From the NCBI GenBank assembly GCA_038087875.1, contig CM075991.1, forward strand, positions 4,154,001-4,218,000: DNA of 64,000 nucleotides. The letters run 5' to 3'. The notes under the pieces are model-generated. The model was not told the DNA's origin. It saw only the letters and a program-made list of their open reading frames with translations, and made no database searches. The stretch is from Malacoraja senta. Lineage: Eukaryota. Below, piece by piece: positions 27,090-41,634 of the stretch; positions within the stretch are counted from its first letter, which is position 1, and each line of letters starts with the position of its first letter. Position numbers and translations under genes: made by a program.

Positions 27090-27457
27090 AACATAGATAC
27101 ATAGATACATAGAAAATAGGTGCAGGAGTAGGCCATTCGGCCCTTCGAGCCTGCACCGCCATTCAATACGATCATGGCTGATCATCCAACTCAGTATCCC
27201 GTACCTGCCTTCTCTCCATACCCCCTGATCCCTTTAGCCACAAGGGCCACATCTAATTCCCTCTTAAATATAGCCAATGAACTGGCCTCAACTACCCTCT
27301 GTGGCAGAGAGTTCCAGAGATTCACCACTCTCTGTGTGAAAAAGTTTTTCCTCATCTCGGTCTTAAAGGATTTCCCCCTTATCCTTAAGCTGTGACCCCT
27401 TGTCCTGGACTTCCCCAACATCGGGAACAATCTTCCTGCATCTAGCCTGTCCAACCC
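27090..27457 (-). mobile_element. CR1 (HER1-like) LINE 3' fragment
   Basis: ORF 27191-27460 (RTRGHSLRI...FFTQRVVNLWNSLP). Confidence 0.88.
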
Positions 27458-27855
27458 CATAAGAAGGCAGGAGAATGGGATTAGGAGGGAGAGATAGATC
27501 AGCCATGATTGAATGGTGGAGTTGACTTGATGGGCCGAATGGCCTAATTCTACTCCTATTCCTTATGACCTGATGACCTTATGACAATACTTTTGCCCCA
27601 GAGATGCTGCCTGATCCGCTGAGTTACTCCGGCACTTTGCGTCTACCTAAAGTAAAATCAACTCATGAAGGAGAGTGAAGGCCGAGCTAGTGTCCTGGAC
27701 CGCTGATTCAAATCCTACCACGGCTGTGAGGGAATTTAAGTTGAAGAAGATAGGTCTGGAATGAGAAAACCGGCCTCAGTAATGAAAGTAGTCAAACAGT
27801 TGGAGTTCAATCTGGTTCACAAATGTCATTGAAGGAGGGAAACTTCCTCCAGTTA

Positions 27856-28287
27856 AGGGCCTGTCCCACTTTCCCGAGTTATTCACGAATTCTCCCGAGT
27901 TTTCCCCTTGATTCAAACTCGCAGAATGTTCGTAACGAGTCCGTAGGAGGTCGTAGGAGTCCGTAGATATATCGTAGCGGCTCGTTATGCCAGCCGTGGG
28001 TACTCGTGGCATCAGGTAAGTCGGGACGTTTTTTCCAGCCCGATAAAAAATGTCCACGAGTAAAATAATGGTCGGGATGAAAGAAATTGCAACTTTTTAC
28101 TCGTAAGGAGGGCATCGAAATAGTCGTGGGAATTCGTAGACATACTCGTAGGAGTTCGTGGGAGTTCGTGAACAAAGTCGTGGAAGGTCATAGGAGTTCG
28201 TAGATTACCACGATCTTGATTTTTTTTTTTAGGTCCTTTAAACTTGGCAGAGGTTTTGAATTAAGTCGTGGAAGTGGGACAGGCCCT
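27856..28287. mobile_element. PIF/Harbinger-type MITE
   Basis: TIR AGGGCCTGTCCCACTT with a TTA flank. Abuts the next MITE. Confidence 0.88.
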
Positions 28288-28289
28288 TA

Positions 28290-28892
28290 AGGCTCTGTCT
28301 TACCTGTTTGTGGTCATCGGCGGTGAAGCGCGGCGTCGCCGGTAGCGAGGACCGCGCGGCAACGGCGAGAGCGTCGAGCCTATCCACCGGAGCGCCGCAC
28401 GGATGCTGCGCGGGGGCCGAGTTAATTCAAACACGGCGGGTCCCACGTGCTTGCGGTAAGTAAATAAAAGGGCGGGCCGACTGCGATGAAGTCGGCCCGC
28501 CGCACGTGACTCACCAGCGGCGGCTGTGGCGGCGGCCATCCTGATCGCGGCGCTGTAGCGGTGGCTGTGCCTGCGGCCGTGCAGCACACGTGCCTCACTG
28601 GCGGCGGCACGTGCCTCACTGGCGGAGGCTGTGGCAGTGGAGGTTTGACGCACGGCGCTCGAGCCACACTGGCGGCGGCCCGTGCGAGCGGCCGTGCGCA
28701 CCCGTGCATCACTGGTGGAGGTTGTGCAGTGAGTATTTGGTTTTCGACATTGTCGATTTTATTTTAGCACCGCGCGGTGTTGGGAACACCACCGCACGGC
28801 CCGGGAATTGTACGTTCTCACGAGTGCGCGGTCTATGGCGGCAGATTCTTCCCGTTTCGCCGCCAATGACCGCAGACTCGTGAGACAGGCCT
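28290..28892. mobile_element. 603-bp CpG-rich Harbinger-type MITE, copy 1
   Basis: Ends AGGCTCTGTCTTAC / GTGAGACAGGCCT with a TTA flank. A near-identical inverted copy lies at 55368-55970. Confidence 0.85.
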
Positions 28893-31800
28893 TTAAGGAT
28901 CATGTGTGGGTCTAGACACAAGAATGTGATTGTTTTTTTACAGCCTTCCAACTGGCTCAGAGGACAAACAGGGCGAGATCACGATCTGTGGGTAAACAGT
29001 GAGTAACCAAACCTCACACTGCTCTTCACAAGGCTTTTCAAAGATAAACCACAGGGCCATGCCTCGTTACTTGGGTTTGTCACAAAGGGACCCCTCGTTT
29101 AAGTTTCCACATCCTGACATCCTAGAACCTGCATCAGTCTGACTAGCTGAGCAGGATGGAGCTGCAGGTGCTGGTTTACACCGAAGATAGACACAAAATG
29201 CTGGAGTAACACGGCAGGTCAGGCAGCACAGTTCGACACAAGAAGCTGGAGTAAGTCAGTGGGACAGGCAGCATCTCTGGAGAGAAGGAATGGGTGACTT
29301 TTCGGGTCAAGACCCTTCTCCAGACTGAAAGTCACGGGAGAGGGAGATGAGAGATATGGACGATATCTCCAGAGATACACCCAGAGATACATCTCCAGAG
29401 ATATCTCCAGAGATACATCTGGAGAGAAGGAATGGGTGATGTTATGGGTCAAAACCCTTCTTCATACTCCGACCCGAAACGTCACCCATTCCTTCTTGCC
29501 AGAGATGCTGCCTGTCCCTCTGAGTCACTTTCTCTATTTAGTCATTTAATCTCTATTTTCAGACTGACCAACCTTTAGTTGACTGCTCCCCTTCCATTCC
29601 ATAAATGGCTATGATTCCACGATGCATCAATGTCTCATGGATCCAGCCTAACACAGCTAATGCTACAATCAATGAGTTCTCAAACCAAAGTACGTCTTGG
29701 TAAGACATAAAGTGCTGGAGTTACTCAGAAGGTCTGGCAGCATCCCTGGAGAACATGAATGAAGGTGACATTTTGGGTCAGGAGGACCCTTCTTCAGACC
29801 TGACCGCAAAATGTCACTTATCCATGTGCTCCACGGATGCTGCCTGACCAACTGAGTTACTCCCGCACTTTGTATGTTTTTTTTTGTAAAGCAGCATCTG
29901 CAGTTTCTTTTTTCTACTTAGCCTTTCGACTTTTGGGGATACAGCATGGAAACAGGCCCTTTGGCCCATCGACTCCATGTTCACAATCAACCACCCATTC
30001 ATACTAATTCCATGTTATCCCGCTTTCCCATCCACTCCCTACACACTAGGGGGGGATGTTTTTGTTTTTTCAGAGGCCAATTAACCTACAAGCCCACACG
30101 TCTTTGGGATGTGGGAGGACACCAGAGCATCTGAAGGAACCCCATGCAGTCAAAGGGAAAACGTGCAAACACTACTCCTCCACATCAGTCTGAAGTCTCC
30201 ACATCGACCCAAAATATCACCATAGATGAGCGCTGAGTTGTTCCAGCTGAGTTGTTCCAGCATTTTTGTCCACCTTCGATTTTTCCAACATCTGCAGTTC
30301 TTTCTTAAACACGACACAGACATCACCCGAGTTCAGGATCGAACCCGTGTCTCTGGCTGTGTGAGGCAGCAGCTCTATCAACTGCTGCTGCCTGGCCAAC
30401 TGAGCATTTCCAGCATGTCCTTGCTCTATTTCCCCTTGCTGGCTTTGTTTTGGCACTGACAGCCAGCACTATTAGTCCCAATAGCCATTCTCCAATCTCA
30501 CCCAAGCTATTTAACTGCAACAAACAGGCATTAATAAGAAGTAAATATCACTTTAAGCTTAACTGATTCTTGGCTCTGCAGTTTTACAGCCGGACAGATA
30601 TAAAACAGGGCTGCACTGTTGGAAAACCATTATATGAGCAATTGCCTTGTATATCACACAGCATTACACACCTCTTCAGTGCAATATATCTGGAGATTAA
30701 ATGAACAAAGCAATTTGTGACCAGACGATTGATTAGTTTAGAAAATGAAGACCGGAGGGTATGGAATTGAGGGGGGTTGTAACTGGTACGTTGAGCCCTC
30801 TGGAGATGTTGTGGGCTTATCAATGAAACGTCAAAGAAGGAGGGTGCCCACCTGATGACCCCGATGACGTACCTACCCGACCTTTCACCACTCCAATCCC
30901 ACTACAAATATCAAGAGTGCCGACTTACTACAGGGATTGAAACATCAAGTCCTATTAGCTCGACTCATTTGTTTAGATTTGTTTAGTTTAGAGATACAGC
31001 ATGGAAAAAGGCCCTTCGCCCATCAAGTCAGTGTCGATCATCAATTGCCCATTTACACTAGTTATGGAGTCATAGTCATACAACATGGAAACAGGCCCTT
31101 CGGCCTAACTTGCCTATGCCGACCAAGATATCCCAGCTTCATTAGTCCCACTTGCCCATATTTGGCCCATATCCTTCCAAACATTTCCTGTCCATATACC
31201 CGTCCAAATGTCTTTTAGATGTTGTTAGAGTACCTGCCTCAACTACTTCCTCTGGCAGCTCATTCCATATACCCACCCACCCACCCTCTGTGTGAAAAAG
31301 TTGCCCTCAGATTCCTATTAAATCTTTTCCTTCTCATCCTAAACTTATGTCCTCTGCTTCTTGCTTCCACTACTCTGTGCATCTACCCTACCTATTCCCC
31401 TCATGATCTTATACTCCTCTGTAGGATCACCCTTCATCCTTTTAGTTTAGTGTAGTTTGGTTATCCCATTACTGGAAGGATTTGGAGTCTTTGGAGAGGG
31501 AGCAAAAGAGGTTTGCCGGAATGATGCCTGGATTAGGTGGTATTACCTACAAGGAGAGGTTAGACAAACCTGGATAGTTTTCTCTGGAACGCCAAAGATT
31601 GAGGGGAGAGAAGTATATTAAGTTATGAGGGACAGAATTTTACATAGGTTCGAGACAGTTTTTTTCCCAGGATGGAAATATCCCAGAGTAGTTTTAAGGT
31701 GTGAGGGGGAAGGGGGAAGTTTAAGGGGGAAGCTACTTACACACAGTGGAGGAGGCAGATGTGATAATAGCATTTAAGTGGCTTTTAGACAACAGACAAT

Positions 31801-34174
31801 AGACAATAGGTGCAGGAGTAGGCCATTCGGCCCTTCGAGCCAGCACCGCCATCCAATGTGATCATGGCTGATCATCCCCAATCAGTACCCCCGTTCCTGC
31901 CTTCTCCCCATATCCCCTGACTCCGCTATCTTTAAGAGCCCTATCTAGCTCTCTCTTGAAAGTATCCAGAGAACCGGCCTCCACCGCCCTCTGAGGCGGA
32001 GAATTCCACAGGGAATGCAGGGAATGGAGGGATATGGACCATGTGCAGGCAGAGGTGATTAGTTTATGTTCATTATGTTCACCACAGGCACCGTGGGGTG
32101 ATGAGCCTGTTCCTGTGTTGTACTGATCTATGTTCCGTCCTACAGCTTAATATTGTCACTTGCACCGAGATGCAGTAAAAAGCTTCTTCTGCGTGCTATC
32201 CAGATATATTGTACAAGTACAATCACACACAAGTCGTCAGATCCACTTCTGGACAGCATCAAGAATGCTGGCACAGTCCAGCACCATTTTGCATCTTTCA
32301 AGCCTCAAGTCACGAGCTCTGAAAAATCTGATCTTGCCCCAAGAAGAAATGCAATTTCTTCTCTGCTCACTCCAAGGCCCAAAGTCCTGGTGGCACTGGA
32401 TCTATGATGCTTTCATATTAGTTTAGTTTAATGAAAAGTTTTTTGTTGCATGCTGACCAGTCAGCAGATAGACTATACATGTTTACAATCGAGCCATCCA
32501 CAGTGTGCAGATACACGATAACAGGAATCACGTGAAGTCCAAGATGAAGTGCAGTAAAGTCCACTTAAAGATAGTCCGAGGGTCTCCAATGTGGTAGATG
32601 GTAGCTCAGGACCGCTCTCTAGTTGTTGATAGGATGGTTCAGTTGCCTGATAACAGCTGGGAAGAAACAGTCCCTCAGAGAGTGGTAGCTGTGTGGAATG
32701 AGCTTCCAGTGGAAGTGGTGGAGGCAGGTTCGATGTTATCCTTTAAAAATAGATTGGATGGGTATATGGACGGGAAAGGAATGGAGGGTTATGGTCTGAG
32801 TGCAGGTAGATGGGACTAGGGGGGAGTATTTATTTTTAATTAAAAAAAATTTTTTTTTAATGTTCGGCACGGACTTGAAGGGCCGAGATGGCCTGTTTCC
32901 GTGCTGTTATGGTTATATGGTTATATGGTTATATGGTAATGTGGAGGTGTGTGTTTTCACACTTCTGTACCTCTTGCCTGATGGGAGAGAGGAGAAGAGG
33001 GGGTGACTGGGGTGAGACTGGTCTTTGATTGTGCTGGTGGCCTTGCTCGGGCAGCGTGACGTGTAGATGGTGTCAATGGAAGCAGCCAGCCTGGCTCAGT
33101 ATAACAGAAGAACCTTCTGTGCCGAACATCATGCCAAGACCATCTCTTATATAACAGCGCATAACCCTTATCCCTCCATTCCCTGGATATCCATGTGCCT
33201 ATCCAAAAGTCTTCTAAATGCCACTATCATATCTGCAGCAACCATTCCCCTTGGCAGCGTATTCAAGACACCCACCACCTTCTTTGTAAAAAAAACTTGC
33301 ACCACACATCTCCTTTAAACGTTGCCCTCTCACCTTAAAGCTGTGCCCGTGAGTATTTGATTTATTCCATCCTGGGGAAAAAAGATTCTGAGTGTCTACC
33401 CTATCTATGCCTCTTAGAATTGTACCTACTTCTATCAGGTCCCCCCGCAACCTCTGGCGTTCCAGAGGAAACATTGCAAGTCTGTCCCATCTCTCAATGT
33501 AGCTAATATCCTCTAACCCTAACCTCATTCTGGAATACGTCCTCTGTAGCTTTTCCCAAGCCTCCGCATTCTTCCTGGAATGTGGTGAGCAGAGCTCCAT
33601 GCAATGACTGCGTTCCGAGCCAAAGTCCTATCAAGTTGCAACATGACTTTCCCGGTGCATGGTCCTGACTGAGGGGTCTGACGAAGGGTCTCGACCCGGA
33701 ATGTCACCCATTCCTACTCTCCAGAGATGCTGCCGGTCCGGCTGAGGTTACTCCAGCGTTTTGTGTCGATCACCCTCCCAAAAGATCTGCGTGAAAGTTC
33801 ACCAGGGGGGCAGAAACCTGGGCAACATCGCAGCTAGTGCGCAGCGGACCCAGACGTGCCCAACACTGCATGATCCACGCGGGAAAGTCAGATCCCACAG
33901 GCATTGCTGGCTGACACTCAACCTGCCCAAGCAACTCCTGCAAAGCCAGACATCTAGTCCTTGACCTCACGGCTGCGCCTTTTGTAGACTGAAGTTAACC
34001 AAATGATGTCTGATTATGGGGAAATAAATTATCCTTGATTACACCTTCCTTCCTGACCATATTTTTCTTTCCTTCCCTTTCCCACTTTCTTCCCTTTCAC
34101 CTGTTTTTATACTCTCACTATTTCCTTTATTGTTTGTTCCCCTTTTTAATCTCAGCTTCCTGTTCTCTTTCTCT

Positions 34175-34374
34175 NNNNNNNNNNNNNNNNNNNNNNNNNN
34201 NNNNNNNNNNNNNNNNNNNNNNNNNNNNNNNNNNNNNNNNNNNNNNNNNNNNNNNNNNNNNNNNNNNNNNNNNNNNNNNNNNNNNNNNNNNNNNNNNNNN
34301 NNNNNNNNNNNNNNNNNNNNNNNNNNNNNNNNNNNNNNNNNNNNNNNNNNNNNNNNNNNNNNNNNNNNNNNNNN
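34175..34374. other. Assembly gap (200 N)
   Basis: Run of N. Confidence 1.
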
Positions 34375-34378
34375 TCTG

Positions 34379-34714
<336 letters not shown>

Positions 34715-35619
34715 CCAACCAGTGCACGGGCCAAACCTCACCTCGAAGCAACTAACCCAGTAAAAAGACAGACACTTCTCGAACATGCACAATTTCATTT
34801 GCTAAGGTCGTTAACCTCTTGGAGCTGATTGTAAATTACAAATCCCAGATGCAAGTAATTGAATTTTGGATGGATTGAGTTACATCCTGTCCTCATTCAA
34901 TGTTTATTAAACCTTCCTGCAAAGTGCAAATCTTTACCAAGTGCAAAGGCAAAGCATTTATTTGCAGGAAAAATGCTGAAAGTGTCCATCTCTGGAGATT
35001 GATGTTACAGATTGCTTAAATCATATTATATCTGTATTTATGGTGCGTTGCCATCACTTGTACATGTTCTCCTTGCAGAGTGCAAGCCAAGTGCTTCAAT
35101 CATCAAAACAACCACCATAGACTGGAACCACATACTTCCCTCCCCCTGGTGCCTTCAGGCTCCAGTGAAGCCACTGCAGTAACTCGCCCAGGTTACGCCA
35201 GCAACGCCACCTCTGCCAACGAGAAGGAATGGCTGAGGGCGGCAGGCGCGTGAAACACCACCACCTATAGGTTAATCTCCAAGTCGCACACGGTCCTGAT
35301 CTTGGAAGAGTATTGCTGGTCCTTCATTGTTCTCCCGGTCTAAATTCCAGAACACCCACTCCGACAGCACAGTGGGTGGGCTTTTAGCTGGAGGATGCAA
35401 CTATTTAGGAAGGCGAAGGTCTCGACATAAAACCCTCAGCCATTCCTTCTCTTCAGAGATGCTGCCTGTCCCACTGAGTTTAATTTAGTTTAGTTTAGAG
35501 ATACAGCGCAGAAACAGCCCTGCGGCCCACGGAGTCAGTGGTCCCGTACATTAACACTACACTACACACACTAGGGACAATTTACAATTATATCAAGCCA
35601 ATTAACCTACAATCCTGTA

Positions 35620-37135
35620 TGGTAGGGGGCGCGTCCTGTACGGCTATGGCTGCCCAGCCTGCAGCTGTCTGTTTTTCATCTCTTTATTTTAATTTTTAGT
35701 GAGTTTTAGTGTGTTTTTTTTTTAACACTAGTCTTTTTTTATGTGGGAGTGGGGGAGGGAAGGGGAACCTACTTTTCAGAGTCCCTACCTGGTAGGAGAG
35801 GCGGCTTTTCTCTGGGCAGCACCTTCGACCCGTCCTCGCGGCCTACGAGTGCCAAGTAGGCATGCAGGTGCAGCAGGCAGTGAAGAAAGCGAATGTATGT
35901 TGGCCTTCATAGCAAAAGGATTTGAGTATTGGAGCAGGGAGGTTCTACTGCAGTTGTACAGCGTCTGGTGAGACCACACCTGAGTATTGCGTACAGTTTT
36001 GGTCTCCAAATCTGAGGAAGGACATTATAGCCATAGAGGGAGTGCAGAGAAGGTTCACAGACTGATTCCTGGGATGTCAGGACTTTCATATGAAGAAAGA
36101 CTGGATAGACTTGGCTTATACTCGCTAGAATTTAGGAGATTGAGAGGGGATCTTATAGAAACGTACAAAATTCTTATGGGGTTGGACAGGCTAGATGCAG
36201 GAAGATTGTTCCCGATGTTGGGAAGTCCAGGACAAGGGGTCACAGCTTAAGGATAAGGGGAAATCCTTAAGACCGAGATGAGGAAAAACCTTTTCACACA
36301 GAGAGTGGTGAATCTGTGGAATTCTCTGCCACAGAGGGTAGTTGAGGCCAGTTCATTGGCTATATTTAAGAGGGAGTTAGATGTGGCCCTTGTGGCTAAA
36401 GGGATCAGGGGGTATGGAGAGAAGGCCAGGTACGGGATACTGAGTTGGATGATCAGCCATGATCATATTGAATGGCGGTGCAGGATCGAAGGGCTGAATG
36501 CCTACTCCTGCACCTATTTTCTATGTATCTATGTATCTATGTATCTAAGTACGAGCGGGCCTGGAGCGGCGTATCCTGAGGGGACTGCCGAGAACCACGG
36601 CTTCGGCGGCGGCGAAGCGCTGGAGCGCTATCGCGGAGCGGGCGATGCCTTACCCGGGTCGCACGCGCTGTAGCTCCGGTGAGCTGAAGACCGCCGATGA
36701 AACATCGCGGAGCTGCGGGTCTGTGGAGCGGCCAGCTGCGCTGATCTTAAACATCGTGGAGCCTGGGATCTCTCGCCGAGAGCACGGCCTGTTGGCTTCG
36801 GAAGCACGGCCTCCAGTAAGAAGCGGCCGTTCCAGGTGTCCCAAGACGCGGAGCACCCATCACCCGGCGAGAGGGCCTGGAACATCGGCCGCCGTAGAGG
36901 CGACTACGGAGACCTCAATAGGCCCGACTATGGGTGGACAAGGAGATGGGACTGGACTTTGTTCCTTCCCTCACAGTGGGAACCATTGCGGGGGGATGTT
37001 TTTATGTTTATTGTTAAATTCTTTAATGTTGAGTCTTTTCTTTATTGGTGTGCTGCAATGGCAAGTCAATTTCACTCCACCAATTGGTGTTTGTGATAAT
37101 CAATGTCCTTTGTGTCCTTTGGATCCTTTGTCCTT
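35620..37135 (+). mobile_element. GC-rich non-coding retroelement, interrupted by CR1 and inserted in a V-SINE
   Basis: Same layout as 46320-47123: T-rich/G-rich leader, CTCGCGGCCTAC, GGACTTTG-TTCCTTCCCTCACAGTGGGAAC, then a tandem-repeat tail. Confidence 0.6.
35852..36545 (+). mobile_element. CR1 (HER1-like) LINE 3' fragment, near-identical to 1945-2485
   Basis: Same ORF2 end and 3' UTR with a (CTATGTAT)n tail. Nested in a GC-rich element. Confidence 0.9.
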
Positions 37136-40100
37136 TGTAGTGTGGGAGGAAACCGAAGATCTCAAAGAAAACCCACCCGGTCATGGGGAGAGGGTACAAA
37201 CTCTGTACAGACAGCACCATAGTCGGGATCGAACCCGGGCCCTGCCAGCGCTGTAAGGCAGCAACTCTACCGCTGCGCCACCGTGCCGCAGTTACTCCAA
37301 CGTTTTGTGTCTATCAACTATTCAGGAAAGCAGCTCACAGCCACACTACTCGCAGCATTTAAGGATGGGTGATAATGTTTTCCTTGCCAGTGATATGCAT
37401 ACTCTGCCAAATGAATAAAATAAAATCAAAAGTTGAAGGAGCAAAGCGAGTTGACGTTTGATTACTTTATGTTCAAACAACTTCTCTTGGAGACATCCAG
37501 CAGACAAATAGACCTTAAGCCCATTTAACTGCCCCACAGCACCAAAGACCCGGGTTCAATTATGACTATGGGTGCCGTCTATATGGAGCTTATACGTTCC
37601 TGTGTGAGCTCCCTATAGACCGATATACCTAGCTGTGACCACGTGGGTTTTCTCCGGGTGCTCCGCTCTCCTCCCACATTCCGAGGACGTGCTGGCTTGT
37701 GGGTTAATTGGCTTCTGTAAATTGCCCCTAGTGTGTAGGATGCAAAAGTGGGGTATCAGAGAGCTAGTGTGTGGGGGATCGATGGTCAGCATGACTCGGT
37801 GGGCAGAAGGGCCTATTTCCACACTGTATCTCTAAAACTAAAACCCAAAACTAATCTTCCACCAACCATTAACCACCCATTTATACTCAGCCCATTTTAT
37901 TCTCCGCACGTTCTCATCAACTCTTTCTTAATTCTATGACTACACAGTCAAGGCACTTTACCCCCTCCATTTAACCCATCCATTGGGTCCATTAATCCAT
38001 CTACCAACATACATATTTGGGATGTGAGAAGAAACCGGAGCACTTGGGAAACCCATGTAGTCACAGCGAGACCATGCAAACTCCACACAGACAGCGTCAA
38101 AGGTCTGGATTGAACTGTGTCATTGTTCTCGTAAGGCTCTACTAGCTGAACAACTGTGTCACCCACTTCTCACAATTGTCAACGTTAAAGTTGTACAAGA
38201 ACTGGTAACTATTGTTCTGGTAACAATTGTCACGCCTCCCGGAATGCCATGGAGAAGCCGGGCGGCAAGGCCAATTAGACCAAGCCAATAGCCTACAAAC
38301 CTGTACTTCTTGGAGTGTGGAATGAATCCGGGAGATCCCGGAGGAAACACACCACGGGTCATGGGGAGAACGTTCAAACTCTGTACAGACAGACACATAG
38401 TCAGGATGGAACCCGGGTCCATTGACTCCAGCGTGCCACTGTACTCTAGATTTCAGAGGCAGAGAAATTGTGGTGAGGCAGGGGTGGGGGGGGGGGTGGG
38501 TGATGAAATAAAAATTTACAAACTAGCCCTGAATGTGGCTTGTTGACCGAATGTACAATGAATGCACAATTATATCAATCGATGTGATCGCTTGTCAAAT
38601 TCAATGCCCCCCTGTGGTGAAAGTAGCAGCTGCGTTCTTGAAAGACAATGGTATCCATTGTTGCCGGGAACAGTTTTCCCCCCCTGAACTGTTTATAAAA
38701 TCAAAGGCAGCTTTTTCCCTTCTTGTCAATTTCCAGAGTAACTTTTAAAGTGCTCTGCCACTTAAATGCCTATCATGCTGGAGGGGCTGAGTGGCCTCTC
38801 CCTGCCACGGGGAAAACTTTAGCTAATACAATGCTGACCGACACAATGTAATGGAGGTACTTGTATTACATACAACATGGTCACAGGACGTTCGCTCTGT
38901 CTGGGGCGAGTCAGGCTTTACCTTCCATCATTTGAGTATCCGGTCCTAATTATCTACTTTTTTCCCCGACCTCCTGTATTCTGTGCATCTGTCTCTCTAT
39001 CCAACACAACCACCACTAATACAAGGTGAATTCCACAGTTTCGAAGATCTCGTTGCAGAAATGTGTCACTTTTCTGCCAAAATCACACCTTTACTTTTGT
39101 ATCAATAGAACCCCTGTTCACAATCCCATAGAAAATCAGCAACAGCTTGCTTCTGTAAGCCCTGCCTCATCCTTAAATCATTTCACAGAACAGATACATC
39201 TTACCACTGTTGAGATGAACCATGTTGCCAACAATTGATACATGAATCCCTGAGAGTAATTGGTCACATTTTGTGATACATTGATGTCTGCTGGAGCAAA
39301 CTTGTCTCAGAAATCAGTCGCTCGATGGATCTTCGAAATCTGTTTCCATAATTTGTAACAGCAAAGATTTCTTCTTTTATTTCACTGTCCCCGGGTGACA
39401 GATTCCAGAACGAAGCCAAATATCAAGATGTGTCAATAGCTTGTTTCTTCGAAAGATAGTCAACAGTTACTGGATATTCCAGTTAATTGCCAACTTTTCA
39501 GAAGGAATGACTAGAAGGACTCTTACCCAGTGAAGTGGGTCACCGACATGTTTTTTCTCAGGACTGAGATGAGGAACTTTTTCACGCAGAGTGTTGTGAA
39601 TCTGTGGAATTCTCTGCCACAGAAGGCAGTGGGGGCCAATTCACTGAATGTTTACAAGAGAGAGTTAACTTTGGTTTTAAGGGCTAACGGAATCAAGGGA
39701 TCAGGGGAAAGCAGGAACAGGGTGCTGATTCTGGATGATCAGCCATGATTCATATTGAATGCGGTGCTGGCGGGAAGGGCTGAATGGCCTATTTCTGCCA
39801 CCTATTTTCTATGCTTCTGTTTCTATGTTTCTGGAGTGGTTCATGCCTGGGCCTCCGCTCAGAAGACGATTCCTTTACGCAATCTTCAGCCCCAATTCCA
39901 AGTGCCAACTAACCCCGCCGACCATCTCCCATCCCCTGACGCCTGCCCTACCCCCGACCTCACTCACCTCTGAACAGTCCCAAGTCATCATCTGTTGGCC
40001 CACATAGGACAAGACATTTACCTGGATTAGAGCCATTTTGAAAGGAGGAGAGGGGATGAGGAAAGAGATAAGCGATGGACCTTTCTGGCCCAGTCGGAGC

Positions 40101-41469
40101 ACCTCTGGTGTACGTCAACCTGAAACTAAACATTTAATCCCAGCGATCCAATCTCAATGTAAAAATGTAGAAACTGCAAACACTGATTAGCGTGGGTGTC
40201 AGAGGGCACAACATCAGAATAAGGGGTGTACCCTTTACAAAGATGAGAGGAATTTCTTCAGTCAGAGGGTGGTGAATCTGTGGAATTCATTACCACAGAC
40301 ACCGAAGGAGGTCATGTTATTGTGTGTTTGTAATGCAGAGATTGATAGATACTTGATTAGTACGGGTGTTAAGGGTATGGGGAGAAGGCAAGAGATTTGG
40401 GTTGAGGGGGAGAGTTAGATCAGCCATGATTGAATGGCGGAGTAGACTTGATGGGCCCAATGGCCTAATTCTGCTCCTATAACCTATGAAGTTATAAAAG
40501 ACTTGCCTCTCCAATTGTCTTATTGGTCTTTAGTGTCGCCCAAGGACACCTGGGTCTGTTTGAATATCGACACTATCCAATCTCATAATGTCAAAAGGTC
40601 AAATGTGATAGCAGTAGAATTAGGCCATTCGGCCCATCAAGTTTACTCCACCATTCAATCATGGCTGATTTATCTCTCCTCCGAATCCCATTCTTCTGCC
40701 TTCTCCCCGTAATCTCTGACACCCGTACTAATCAAGAATCTATCTATCTCTGCCTTTAAAATATCCACTGACTTGAGCTCCTCAGCCTTCTGTGGCAAAG
40801 AATTCCACAGATTCAACAACCGCTGACTAAAGAAATTCTTCCTCATCTCCTCCGAAAAGAACATCTTTTAATTCTGAGGCTATGACCTCTAGTCGTAGAC
40901 TCTCCCACGGGTGGAAACATCCTCTCCACATCATGTTGTGTAGAGACACAGCATGGAAATATGCTTTTGGTCCTCCGTTTATCTTCCTTCTCCCGCACCC
41001 GTTCGGTAGTAGGTTTCGTAACCTTGAAAGCGCGCACCACCATTCTCAGGAACAGCTTCTTCCCCTCTGCTATCAGGCTTCGGAACAGTCCTTCCATAAG
41101 CTAGGGTACCGTATGCTCAACCTTTGACCCATTGTAAGCATTGGGCAATGCTGAGAACTCTATCTTGCACACTGCATCCTCCCCTTTGCTGTACCTATTG
41201 TACTTCAGTGTGGCATGGTTCTATTTATCTCTAGTACTATCTGATTTGAAAGCAAAACCTTTCACTGTACCTCGGTCCACGCAACAATAATAACGTTAAA
41301 CTGAAACTTAAACGTCCTCAGTTCCATATTTCCTTGATTCCACTAACTTATAAAAATGTGACAGTGTCAGATTGATTGATTAGTAGGATTGGATGTTACA
41401 ATCCAAAGATTTTTCACCACAATTGACATTCTTGGGAATGACCTCTAGGTGAATTTGCTACCAATCAGA

Positions 41470-41566
41470 CACATCTTCAGTTGTGTACCTCAACGTCACT
41501 GGGTGTTTCGGCCTTTTATCACAAGACACCCTCGGTTGAGGCAGGCCCACCGCAGGGTGATCAGCT
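41470..41566 (-). mobile_element. Probable second Hero 3' UTR remnant
   Basis: Shares GGGTGTTTCGG...AGACACCCTCG...TGATCAG with 12726-12788. Confidence 0.5.
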
Positions 41567-41634
41567 TTAGAATTAACTTTTGAGCTTGGTCCTCTTGCGT
41601 TAAATGGGACGATGTTTCAAATCTGAGATCCTTT

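Noticed and set aside
28300..28951. Overlapping Ala/Arg/Pro-rich ORFs, also at 36628-37256, 46261-46950 and 55377-56111
   Set aside because: They reflect stop-codon scarcity in GC-rich repeats and show no recognisable domains.
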